A DNA stretch of 64,000 bases from Candidatus Krumholzibacteriota bacterium (GTDB lineage Bacteria; Krumholzibacteriota; Krumholzibacteriia; JAJRXK01), in the NCBI GenBank assembly GCA_963727455.1, contig CAVSGG010000009.1, positions 483,532 through 547,531 of the forward strand, read 5' to 3'. Position numbers and translations under genes: made by a program. Each line of letters starts with the position of its first letter. Within the stretch, counting starts at the first letter, position 1. The notes under the pieces were generated by a model. That model searched no databases. It saw only the letters and a program-made list of their open reading frames with translations, and was not told the DNA's origin. Below, one piece after another: positions 46,306-55,742 of this stretch.

Positions 46306-46425
46306 GGGATCACCCCCGCGATTTCGAGGCCTAGAAACTCGTCTTCGCGGCCAATCTGTGTCCGGGATCGGGAGCTAACAAACGAAAAAACAGCAATTTA
46401 GCGAGCTAATGTTCGTTCAAGTCGA

Positions 46426-48024
46426 CTAGGAATCCGCGCCTGCCACCCGCGCTTGGGGAAGAGCCGCTGCCACGCTGGAGGCCACCTGGAGATTCCCCTC
46501 GCGCGAGGATTTCAAGTACGCGCGGGAATCGTGTTCCAACGCTCCCTGTGGCAGCCACTGCCAGAGGGCACCCAATTCACGCTGTACGGCGTCGCGGTAG
46601 AAAGCGGGTATGCGATCGCTTTCCCCCTCGAAGAAGGCCCGCAACTGTGGATCCCGATCAAGTTCTTTTCTGAGGTGCTGGAAGTAATGAAGCCGGCCGA
46701 GTCCTTCTGACGACACTCCGCGTACTAGATTCATCCAGCGGGGAATGGCGCCCCGGTTGGCCAGGAAACGCCTACCCATGTTCTTCCATGAGAAGGTGTA
46801 GCGGGTCAGGTCGATGACGTGATCGTAGAACTCAGTCCATTCGTAGTTGAGCGGCGCGACGTTCATGGCGTGGTTGTTGTCGAGGAAGTGGAAGGGGAAC
46901 GCTCGTACGCGGCCGCTCAACTGTAGCTCCAAATTGAGCGGTGCTGCGCGCCCAAATGCCGTCAACAACGAGTACCCCGGGAATGCGCCCGGCGTGAGAT
47001 CGATGAATTTCTTGGTCAGTTCGAATGGCTCGGCTCCACGGTCGCAGTCAAGGCCCAGCACGAAATTGGCCTGCACGTAAGGAATGTAGCGCATGATCAT
47101 TCGAATGTGCTCGGAGATGTGAAGCACTCGCTCTTCCGCCTGACGACTTCCGCAGCGCGACTTGTTGCCCAGATCGAACCAGGACTCCACTCCCGGTAGA
47201 AGCGCTCGGAATCCATTCCGCTTCAACCGCTTGACGTGGGGTTCGGTGAGGAGGGATAGAGAACTCTCTGCCACAAACTCGATACTGCCCGGAGGCACCG
47301 CCTCCTCGATGGCATCGAGATAATCGTCGAAGCGGACCCCGAAGTTGGGATCGTGCCATCCGACTTTGGGGTGTTTCATGCGCGTGCGAAGGAACTTCAG
47401 GTCATTCTTGAGCGCATCGAAGGCCAGAGGCTTGTAGTCAACGGTGGAGTCGATACAGAACGCGCAAGTATAAGGACATCCCAAGCTACCGATCATCGGA
47501 ACGATCTTCAGCAAAGGCGCCTTGCGTAGGATCGCCTCCATGAAGGGCCAGCGTTGCTGAAGGCTGGGCAGTTCCTGTGGTTGCTGCTCGGCGGAGAGAT
47601 GAATGCCACTGGGACGATGGGGCGAGCAGTCCAAGAGAACATCCTGCACCAGTTTTCGATCCGTGAAGCCGAAGACGTAATCGAAGTACTGCAGGCAGTC
47701 CTCCGGATAGCAGCGCGCGTGCGGTCCCCCAATGGCGGTAACGGCTCCCTGGGAACGGAAGTAATTGCTGAGCGCGTAAGCCAGCTGAGCGGACTGCGTG
47801 AAACTACTGAGAAATACCAAATCGCAGTCTCGCGGGAGCTCCTTCTCCAGATCTTCCAGCCCCGTGTAACAGACAAACTCGACTTGGTGCCCTTGTTCCT
47901 GACACCAGACCGCGACGACCTGCGGCATGATGGCGGCGAGATTGGCGTGCATGACGCGCGCGTAGAGTGCTCGAGTGGGACCTTTGTGAGCTAAGTCGAC
48001 GATACCGACACGGAGCTTTCGCAA
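46426..48024 (-). CDS. Cobalamin-binding radical SAM protein of unknown function
   Basis: N-terminal B12-binding-like domain (GGPHAR), SLGCPYTCAFC, HDPNFG, GVES, FVLGLD. Confidence 0.8.
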   Translation of the reverse strand: MRKLRVGIVDLAHKGPTRALYARVMHANLAAIMPQVVAVWCQEQGHQVEFVCYTGLEDLEKELPRDCDLVFLSSFTQSAQLAYALSNYFRSQGAVTAIGGPHARCYPEDCLQYFDYVFGFTDRKLVQDVLLDCSPHRPSGIHLSAEQQPQELPSLQQRWPFMEAILRKAPLLKIVPMIGSLGCPYTCAFCIDSTVDYKPLAFDALKNDLKFLRTRMKHPKVGWHDPNFGVRFDDYLDAIEEAVPPGSIEFVAESSLSLLTEPHVKRLKRNGFRALLPGVESWFDLGNKSRCGSRQAEERVLHISEHIRMIMRYIPYVQANFVLGLDCDRGAEPFELTKKFIDLTPGAFPGYSLLTAFGRAAPLNLELQLSGRVRAFPFHFLDNNHAMNVAPLNYEWTEFYDHVIDLTRYTFSWKNMGRRFLANRGAIPRWMNLVRGVSSEGLGRLHYFQHLRKELDRDPQLRAFFEGESDRIPAFYRDAVQRELGALWQWLPQGALEHDSRAYLKSSREGNLQVASSVAAALPQARVAGADS

Positions 48025-48563
48025 ACTATTCCCCCGATTCTGCAGCCGTGAGCGATGGCCACCGCGGGTGAAGCGTCGACGACGCAACCCCTTCCGATCG
48101 CGAGACGGATGGATCTGCGAGTCCTTCCGTACGCCTTACGCAATCCTGCGATGCTCGTGATCCGGAAATGGATCACTTGGGTCCCGGGGGAGCTCCGAGA
48201 TCACTCTTGAGACGGGAGCCAAACTGTGGTGTTGCGTACGAGCAAAGTAGCAGAGCAGAAGCCTCGCCGCGATTGAATTCGCTAACAAGGACGAAAGCCG
48301 GAAGAGGACAGCTGCGATCTCCTGGGCTCCAGACCCTGGAAAAATACAATAGATTCAGAGCGTTTACTCGTGAATAACCAAGCATGAGGCAAAATGAGGC
48401 GGCGGTGCGTTCGCCGTATCCCCCCTGGTCCCCAGAAGGTTTTCAAGTGTAGCATTGGCCTGCGTATTCTGGGCATGACGGTTGCACGGAAGCCCAGGCC
48501 AATGCAGTCGGGTCCGCGATTCTGGATTCGAAGGCCAGATCCACCCATCTGACGGGTTCCCGA

Positions 48564-49490
48564 ATGAGCCACTCAGCTTCTGTCACTTCCTCCACGGACC
48601 GCATTCCATCCCACGTTGCGCCCCCCCGGCGCGGGGTTTCTCCTGCCTTCCTCACGAACCTCTTTTTCGTGGGTCTAAGCATCCTCGGCGCCCCCTACTA
48701 TTTGGCGCCTCTCGCGCAGCGGGTTCGCCATCCCTTCCACGCCTGGCTCAGGCCTTCGGGCTATGTGGGGCAGAGCGCCGGCATCCTGCTCTTTCTCGGC
48801 TTCCTGTTCCTCTGGCTCTATCCGCTGCGCAAGCGAGCGCGCTGGATGTCCTTCAGCGGGTCGGTGGGAAAGTGGCTCGACGTCCACATCGTGGTGGGTT
48901 TGACCCTTCCCATCCTCGGTGCGGTTCACGCGTCCTGGCGCTTCAATGGCCTGATCGGATTGGGCTATCTGGCCATGCTCATCGTCGTGGCCAGCGGCAT
49001 CGTCGGTCGCTACATCTACTCGCGCATTCCCCGTTCGCGAAAGGGAGTAGCTCTCGGGCTGGACGAAGCCACGAAGCAACGCATGCAGCTGCTCGTGGAG
49101 CTTGCCAACGTCACCGGTCTGGAAAGAGATGTCGTTTCGAGCGTGCTGGCGGCCAGCCCCGTACCGACACGCGGTCTCGGTCTCCGCGGAACCCTCCTGC
49201 AGATGGTGCGTGACGACTTTGCACGACGAAAAGCCGCGCGTGAAATCGTTCGCCGCTGGAAGAACTTGGGGCCCGATCGGCCGCCACTGGATCGTCAAGC
49301 ATTGCGCAGCTTGCTGCGCAATGCGCGACGGCAGATGGCTCTGAGCCAGCAAGTGCGCCTCCTTGACGCGACGCAGGGCCTCTTCCGGTTCTGGCACGTT
49401 GCCCACCTGCCGGTGGCGATCACGGCTGCCATCGCAGTGACCATTCACGTCGTGGTGGCCGTTCTCTTCGGCGCCACCTGGTTCTACTAG
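48564..49490 (+). CDS. Integral membrane protein with paired TM histidines (heme b / ferric-reductase-TM-like)
   Basis: About 5 TMs; WLDVHIVVGLTLPILGAVH and FWHVAHLPVAITAAIAVTIH give two His pairs, each 14 residues apart. Confidence 0.7.
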   Translation: MSHSASVTSSTDRIPSHVAPPRRGVSPAFLTNLFFVGLSILGAPYYLAPLAQRVRHPFHAWLRPSGYVGQSAGILLFLGFLFLWLYPLRKRARWMSFSGSVGKWLDVHIVVGLTLPILGAVHASWRFNGLIGLGYLAMLIVVASGIVGRYIYSRIPRSRKGVALGLDEATKQRMQLLVELANVTGLERDVVSSVLAASPVPTRGLGLRGTLLQMVRDDFARRKAAREIVRRWKNLGPDRPPLDRQALRSLLRNARRQMALSQQVRLLDATQGLFRFWHVAHLPVAITAAIAVTIHVVVAVLFGATWFY

Positions 49491-49500
49491 GATCACCGCC

Positions 49501-50898
49501 ATGCTCTGGACCACCCTTGCATTCGTGCTTTTCACCGTGGCCTTCGCCACCTGGCACGTGCGTCGACAGAGCTCGAGGGCAGTGGCGCGCTGTCCGCGTT
49601 GCAAAGCCGTCCTTCCCTCGGGCGCCACCCAGTGTAGTTCCTGTGGTGTCCCGCTCTCCGCCTTCGAGGTGGTCGCCGCCGCCGTATCTTCCGCCGAGAC
49701 CGAGTCGCCACAGGGGCGTCCCCACGCCATCGTGCGCGCCGATCTCTGCGTGGGCTGCTCCACCTGCGTCGATGCCTGCCCTGAAGAGGGAGCCCTGCAC
49801 CTTCAGTCGAAGCTGGCCGTGGTCGACCTGGCCCGCTGCGTGGGGCATGGCGACTGTGCCAGGGCCTGTCCGGTGGGAGCGATCGTGGTCAGCGCCGGCG
49901 GTTCAGTCCAGCGCGTCGAAGTGCCTCAGGTCGATGTGAACTTCCAGAGCAACGTACCCGGCCTGTACATCGTGGGAGAATTGGGCGGACGCGGACTCAT
50001 CAAGAACGCGATCAACGAGGGCCGAATCGCGGCCGAACACGTGGCCGCTACCCTCCATGGTGAAGAGGCTCGTGGGGAGGATGTCTATGACGTGGCCATC
50101 GTGGGTTCCGGCCCGGCCGGACTCAGCGCCGGACTCGAGGCCAAGCGCCAGGGGCTAAACTACGTGCTTCTGGAGCAGGGCACCCTCGCCGATTCCATCC
50201 GCAAGTATCCGCGACACAAGTTGTTGATGGCAGAACCCATCAACGTCCCGCTCTACGGAGACCTGTGGATCTCCGACACCACCAAGGAGGCTCTGCTGAA
50301 GGCCTGGGAGGCCATCATCGAGACCACCGGCCTGCAGGTGAACACCAGCTGCCGGGTGGAGAACGCGCAGCCGCGGAATGGTCACTTCGAGCTCGAACTC
50401 AAGGAAGGAAGTCTGCGCGCCCGCTGTGTCATTTTGGCCATGGGGCGCCGAGGAACTCCCCGTCGCCTGCAAGTTCCTGGAGAAGAGGGCGAACACGTCT
50501 TCTACGACATCGTGGAGATGGAGGCCTTCGTGGGCCGGAAAGTGATCGTGGTGGGCGGCGGGGACAGCGCCATCGAATCGGCCCTTGGACTTTGCAACCA
50601 AGAGGGCTGCGAGGTCACTCTGTCCTACCGGGGAGACCGCTTCACTCGCGTGAAGGAGCGCAACCTCGCCAAACTCGAGAGAGCCGTCGCCGACCAGCGC
50701 CTCACGGTGCTCATGCAAAGTCGTTTGCGTCGTATTCAATCCAAGCGAGTGGAGATCGAAGTCGAAGGACAATTGCGGGAGCTTCCCGCCGACGATGTCA
50801 TCGTCCGCATTGGAGGAGAGCCCCCCTCGAGCTTCTTGTCCAAAGTCGGTGTCGCGATGGTGAACAAGGACATCCCCCTGGTGAGCTCGGAGGTCTGA
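49501..50898 (+). CDS. Membrane-anchored ferredoxin + FAD/NAD(P)H oxidoreductase (TrxR/YpdA-like, permuted motif order)
   Basis: N-terminal TM, CPRC..CSSC, CVGCSTCVDACP, CVGHGDCARACP, SNVPGLYIVGE, VGSGPAG, VGGGDSA..SYR. Confidence 0.85.
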   Translation: MLWTTLAFVLFTVAFATWHVRRQSSRAVARCPRCKAVLPSGATQCSSCGVPLSAFEVVAAAVSSAETESPQGRPHAIVRADLCVGCSTCVDACPEEGALHLQSKLAVVDLARCVGHGDCARACPVGAIVVSAGGSVQRVEVPQVDVNFQSNVPGLYIVGELGGRGLIKNAINEGRIAAEHVAATLHGEEARGEDVYDVAIVGSGPAGLSAGLEAKRQGLNYVLLEQGTLADSIRKYPRHKLLMAEPINVPLYGDLWISDTTKEALLKAWEAIIETTGLQVNTSCRVENAQPRNGHFELELKEGSLRARCVILAMGRRGTPRRLQVPGEEGEHVFYDIVEMEAFVGRKVIVVGGGDSAIESALGLCNQEGCEVTLSYRGDRFTRVKERNLAKLERAVADQRLTVLMQSRLRRIQSKRVEIEVEGQLRELPADDVIVRIGGEPPSSFLSKVGVAMVNKDIPLVSSEV

Positions 50899-52689
50899 GT
50901 GCTTCGCCGCCCGTTCATGATGCTCCCTCTATTTCTGAGCTGCGCCTTCATCTCCCCGGCGTTGGCTCAGATCTCTCCCGGCCCGCTCTCCTCGGCGCAC
51001 GCCTCTTTGGAAGGCAATCGCAATTGCACGCAGTGTCACGGCCTCAAGCAGGAGAGCATCCAGGAGCACTGCCTGAAGTGCCACGCGGGAGTCGCCTTCT
51101 TGCTCGAACAGGGTCGGGGCTTTCATGCCCATCTGGGGAGCGTCGAATGCGAGAAATGCCATCCCGAGCATGCGGGGACGGATTTCACACTCATCGAGTG
51201 GCCCGAGGGCTCGGCCGACAAGTTCAAGCACGAATCGACCGGCTGGGCCCTGGCGGGAGCCCACGCTCGCGCCAAATGCGGGGCCTGCCACCGTCCGAAA
51301 TTTCAAACCGGCCCGGCGGCGGTCAAAGAGCCGGCCGGCTCCATCCACGAGGGCAAGAGTTGGCTGGGACTCGAAACAGACTGCACGCACTGCCATAAGG
51401 ATCCCCACGAGGGTTCGCTGGGAAAGGACTGCGCGCACTGTCACGGGCAGGAGGCCTGGCGCCCGGTCTCGAACTTCGACCACGCGCGAACCACCTATCC
51501 CCTGGATGGCCGGCACGCGCAGCTCAAATGCGCGCAATGCCACCAGAACCAGCAGCTCGGAGCCAAGACCGATTCAAACGGAAAGGTGGTTCCGCTCTAT
51601 CGTCCCCTACCCCATCAGGACTGTCAGCCCTGTCACTCCGATCCGCATCAGGGCCGCTTCCAGGGAAAGTGCAGCGGGTGCCACACCACGGCAGGGTTCA
51701 AGCTGGCCAGCACGAGCGGCTTCAACCACACATTGACCTCCTTCCCACTGCGCGGAGAACACGCGAAACTGCGCTGCGAGAAATGCCACGATCCGCAATC
51801 AGCCTGGGGCAAACGGCCTGCACACGATCGCTGCGACCGTTGTCACCGCAATCCCCACGCGGAGCAAGTTCTCAGCGTGAAGGGCGTCAGGCCTGACTGT
51901 GCGGCGTGTCATGACGAAACGAGTTGGAAGAAGTCGAACTTCGACCTCACGCGACATGCGAAGACTGCATTCGCGCTCACGGGCGCTCACGCCAAGCTGA
52001 GTTGCGGCAAGTGTCATCGCGCCGCCGAGGGTGAGACGCCGGATCCCGCCTGGGGCCCCGCGCACGTCCGCTTGCGCATGGAATCCAAGCGCTGCCTGGA
52101 TTGCCATGCACCGGCCCACGGAAAGGAGATCGATCCCTCGCGGGACTGCACGGAATGCCATGGGGTGGACGCGTGGCGTCCTTCTCGTGTGGATGCCAAG
52201 GCGCACGCAGCGCTGGGGTGGCCATTGGAGGGACGGCATGGCGAGATCCAGTGTGGAAGCTGTCACCTGCCGCGCGGCTCGAAGAATGTCTCCACGGGTC
52301 TGGATGCCGACCTGGCCGGTACCAAATGGCTCTTTACCTCCTTGGGACGACCCTGCGCCGAATGCCACCTCGACCCTCACGAGGGGCGCTATGCGAAGAG
52401 CGCGGACTGGAGCGCGAAGAACCCCTGCCGTCGCTGCCACTCCATGAGAACCTTCAGTCCCTCGACCATCGGAGTCGAGGATCACGCCGCTTTCGGCTTC
52501 AAGCTGGAAGGCGCTCACCGCACCGTTCCCTGCTTCGCATGTCACCGCGAGCTAGCTCAAGCACCGGCAACTTCGAGTCTCGTCGCGAGCAAAGCGTCGC
52601 CCAGAAAACTCGCCTTCAAAGACAAGCGACGAGCCTGCCGGGATTGTCACACTTCGGCCACACTCCCCTCCTCTGGAGTTCGACAATGA
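50899..52689 (+). CDS. Exported multiheme cytochrome c, 20 CxxCH motifs
   Basis: Signal peptide ending PALA; 20 CxxCH counted by hand; repeated H..T.F/WPL.G.H modules. Confidence 0.93.
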   Translation: MLRRPFMMLPLFLSCAFISPALAQISPGPLSSAHASLEGNRNCTQCHGLKQESIQEHCLKCHAGVAFLLEQGRGFHAHLGSVECEKCHPEHAGTDFTLIEWPEGSADKFKHESTGWALAGAHARAKCGACHRPKFQTGPAAVKEPAGSIHEGKSWLGLETDCTHCHKDPHEGSLGKDCAHCHGQEAWRPVSNFDHARTTYPLDGRHAQLKCAQCHQNQQLGAKTDSNGKVVPLYRPLPHQDCQPCHSDPHQGRFQGKCSGCHTTAGFKLASTSGFNHTLTSFPLRGEHAKLRCEKCHDPQSAWGKRPAHDRCDRCHRNPHAEQVLSVKGVRPDCAACHDETSWKKSNFDLTRHAKTAFALTGAHAKLSCGKCHRAAEGETPDPAWGPAHVRLRMESKRCLDCHAPAHGKEIDPSRDCTECHGVDAWRPSRVDAKAHAALGWPLEGRHGEIQCGSCHLPRGSKNVSTGLDADLAGTKWLFTSLGRPCAECHLDPHEGRYAKSADWSAKNPCRRCHSMRTFSPSTIGVEDHAAFGFKLEGAHRTVPCFACHRELAQAPATSSLVASKASPRKLAFKDKRRACRDCHTSATLPSSGVRQ

Positions 52690-53707
52690 AAAGTCTCTGG
52701 CTCTTGCTCCTTCTCGTCCTGCTCGCTAATTCGGCACGAGCCGAATCGCCTCACGGACCCATGAAAGCGGACTGTGGAAGCTGCCATGGCGCCGATGACT
52801 GGTCGAAAGTCGAAATCCCCGCGGACTTCAATCACAACGAGTTTGATTTTCAATTGCGTGGCGCGCACAAGGGAATTCCCTGCAAACAGTGCCATGAGAG
52901 TCTGGTTTTCAGCGATGCGCCGCAGGATTGCTCGGGTTGCCATGCTGACGTTCACCAGGGTGAGTTCGGCCTGGACTGTGATCGTTGTCACGGGACGCGC
53001 AGTTTCATCGATCGAGGCGATCAATTACGGCTCCACCGCAGCACGCGTTTCCCTCTGAGGGGTAGCCACTACACTCAGGACTGCGAATCGTGTCATCCGT
53101 CCTCTGCCGGAGGACAGCTTGTCTACGTGAATACGCCGACTGAATGCGTGAGTTGTCATCGCGATGACTACGAAGCGGCCAAGAGCCCCGATCATGTCAT
53201 GGGCAACTTCTCGCAGGACTGCGAACTGTGTCATTCGCCCACCCTGTGGCGAGGTGCGAGCTTCAACCACGCCTCGACCGGCTTCCCTCTCGACGGCGCA
53301 CACAAACCCTTGGACTGCTCCGAGTGCCACACCAGCGGGAGCTTCTCCGGTTTGGATCCCGCGTGCTATTCCTGCCACGAGCAGGACTACCTTTCTACCA
53401 ACGATCCCGATCATCAATCCATGGGTTTCGGCACCAGCTGTGAACAATGCCACAACACCACGCGCTGGGATGACGCGAACTTCGATCACGACGGGCTGTT
53501 CTTCCCCATCTACTCCGGACGGCATCAGGGCACGTGGAACGATTGTACGGACTGCCACGTCAACGCTTCGAATTACGCTGTGTTCTCCTGCATCGACTGT
53601 CATGCGCACAGCGATCAAGCCGAGTCGATGCGGATCACAGCGAAGTTCGAGGCAACTACATCTACGAGAGCAATGCCTGTTATGACTGTCATCCGAGGGG
53701 AAGATAG
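52686..53707 (+). CDS. Exported multiheme cytochrome c, 13 CxxCH motifs (frameshift before the last heme)
   Basis: Signal MKSLWLLLLLVLLANSARA; 12 CxxCH in frame plus ...ESNACYDCHPRGR* in the shifted frame; ATGA overlap with the upstream gene. Confidence 0.9.
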
Positions 53708-53709
53708 CC

Positions 53710-55277
53710 ATGCGTCACTCGCTAGCCCTCATTCTCGCGCTGTTACTCGCGCTTTTGCGCGATCCCCGCGTCGGGGGCCTCCATCGCCAAGATCAGCTAT
53801 CTCACGAGCTCCACCGTCTACATCGATGCGGGGAATGCTCAGGGTATTGCCGAAGGGGATTCCGTGGAGGTCTGGCGAGGCGGCCAGCGGCTCGGGATCA
53901 CTGGTGGTGGACTACACTTCACAAACTCGCTCTACCTGTCCGTTGAAAGAGGTGTCCTTCCAAGCGCGGGTGGGGGACGAAATCCATTTCGTGCCGGGAG
54001 AGGTCCGCGATCACAGGCTGCACCGGTGGTGATCGAGGAAGAGGTGCCGAGGAAATCAAGAACAAGCCCTGTGGAAGGGCCGCGTGGGAGCGAGCTTTCT
54101 CGGAGTGCGAACCCGTGAGGATTTCGGCCAGGACTTCGACCAGCCCGCCGGGGATCTCAGGATCAGCGGAAGGCATCTCGCCCAAGACCATTTGGAGCTG
54201 GAAATCGATGCGCGAGCTCGCCATACCTACAGACGGCCCACCGAAGGCGCCAAGGTCGAACACGGCATTGAACCGCGTCTATCGCGCTTCGCTTGGCATG
54301 GTCGCCACCCGCTTCGCCCTCGGGCATCGTATTGGGACGTCAATCCTCTCCCGAACTTCGAATCTCAGTATTTTCGACGGCGCGTCCGCCACCTTGCGCC
54401 ACGAGCGATGGAGTGGCGGACTGACCGGGGGAGTTCAACCCACGCTCGGCGATCTCGAATTTTCGACCGAGGTGATGGAGTTGGGTGCGTTCTATCGCAG
54501 GCAAGCGCCAAGGGATCCAGAGAGCGCGCTGGAATCTTGACCCTGGCCGGGATCGCCTCCTACCGTAAGAGCGAAATCAACCGCGAATATCTGTACCTCC
54601 AGGGTTCCTGGGCCGATCCCCAGTGGTCCCTTTTCGCTTCGCAGGAATTGGATCTCAATCGCGGATGGAAGACGCAACTTCGATAGCAAGCGTGATTTCT
54701 CCCACCGCGAGCTACCTCTTTGCGCGTTATCGGGTTCGACGCGAGCTGCGGCTCAAGGCGGGCTTTGACAATCGACATCGGGTGAGGCTGTGGACCGATC
54801 GGGAAACGCCGGAGACCCTTTTCGATGAAACCTACCGCCAGGGATATTGGGTGGGCGCCGATTCACGTCTGGGGCGATCATGGAACTTGGGAATGGACTT
54901 CCGGGGCAGCTCCGGGGGAACAGCTGGGAGCGCCACCGTGATCAGCCTTCGCGCCAGTTGGCTCGATCTGCGCCGACTGCCGGTGGAAATCGGGGGGCGC
55001 TTCAGCCGCTTCGGCAACGATAGCTACAATGGAATCCTGGCCTCTCTGAATCTGGGCTGGGAGCTCAACTCCACTCTTGCGCCTCGATGGTGAAGGTGGG
55101 CTTCGCAGGGAAAACCACGACGGCTTCGTCGTGGATCAGACCGACCAGCACTGGCTCGGCCTTAGGGCAGAAGCCGCATTGCAGGCGGGGTGGTACCTGG
55201 ATTTCTCGGGAGAGTGGACCCGTGGCGGTATTGACGCGTCCGATCTGTTCTACTCTTCCCTGAACTACCGCTTTTAG
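53710..55277 (+). CDS. Outer-membrane beta-barrel protein with an N-terminal beta domain (several frameshifts)
   Basis: Signal peptide; VYIDAG...GDSVEV domain; alternating beta strands (YLYLQGSW, LRLKAGFD, WNLGMDF, WYLDFSGEW); C-terminal SLNYRF with terminal Phe. Confidence 0.72.
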
Positions 55278-55479
55278 CGCTCGGCCCTCTGGCCAAAGCC
55301 GAATGCTCTCCCGCGAGCCCCTGGGACAAGCGGGTTCTTGTATCCGTCTTGGACTTCAAGTGCTAGCATTTTCCCATTGGTTCAAATCCTGACCATCTCC
55401 CGAGCCCGCCCGCACGTCTCCTCGTGCTCCCAAGGGCCTTCGCGGGAGATGTCTCGCCAAGTTCATTCGGGAGGATTTC

Positions 55480-55665
55480 ATGAAAAAGTATCTCGCCTCT
55501 CTGGGGACGGTTGTGGCGTATGTGGGGATGATCGTCTGTCTGGCAGCGGTAGCGGGCCGGTTCTACGGAGCAAAAACAGTCTTGGGCTATCAAGCCGTGA
55601 ATTTCTTCATGTTGGGAATCGGCCTCATGGTCTGGTCCTGTTGGGCCAAGTTGGAATCGCGCTGA
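55480..55665 (+). CDS. Small two-TM membrane protein (61 aa)
   Basis: GGAGG RBS before the ATG; two hydrophobic segments. Confidence 0.65.
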   Translation: MKKYLASLGTVVAYVGMIVCLAAVAGRFYGAKTVLGYQAVNFFMLGIGLMVWSCWAKLESR

Positions 55666-55742
55666 GACCTGATGGAAACGGCTGCCGCTGAGAAATGCTA
55701 CGGCGGCAGCCGACACTCCCCCTCGAAGCAAACCTCGCTCAC

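Noticed and set aside
46380-46425. Sigma54 promoter upstream of hoxF
   Set aside because: A TTGC is present but the -24 GG and the spacing do not fit
48025-48563. Cobalamin riboswitch upstream of the B12 radical SAM gene
   Set aside because: I could not find the conserved B12-box or core elements on either strand; an Infernal scan would settle it
50899-53707. Periodic TGCCA/TGTCA repeats as a CRISPR array or DNA repeat
   Set aside because: They are CxxCH codons inside cytochrome genes; no constant repeat-spacer structure and no cas genes
52101-54032. 643-aa ORF suggesting one giant cytochrome-porin fusion
   Set aside because: The true start is the signal peptide at 52686; the upstream part is an off-frame shadow and the downstream read-through comes from an indel before the last heme
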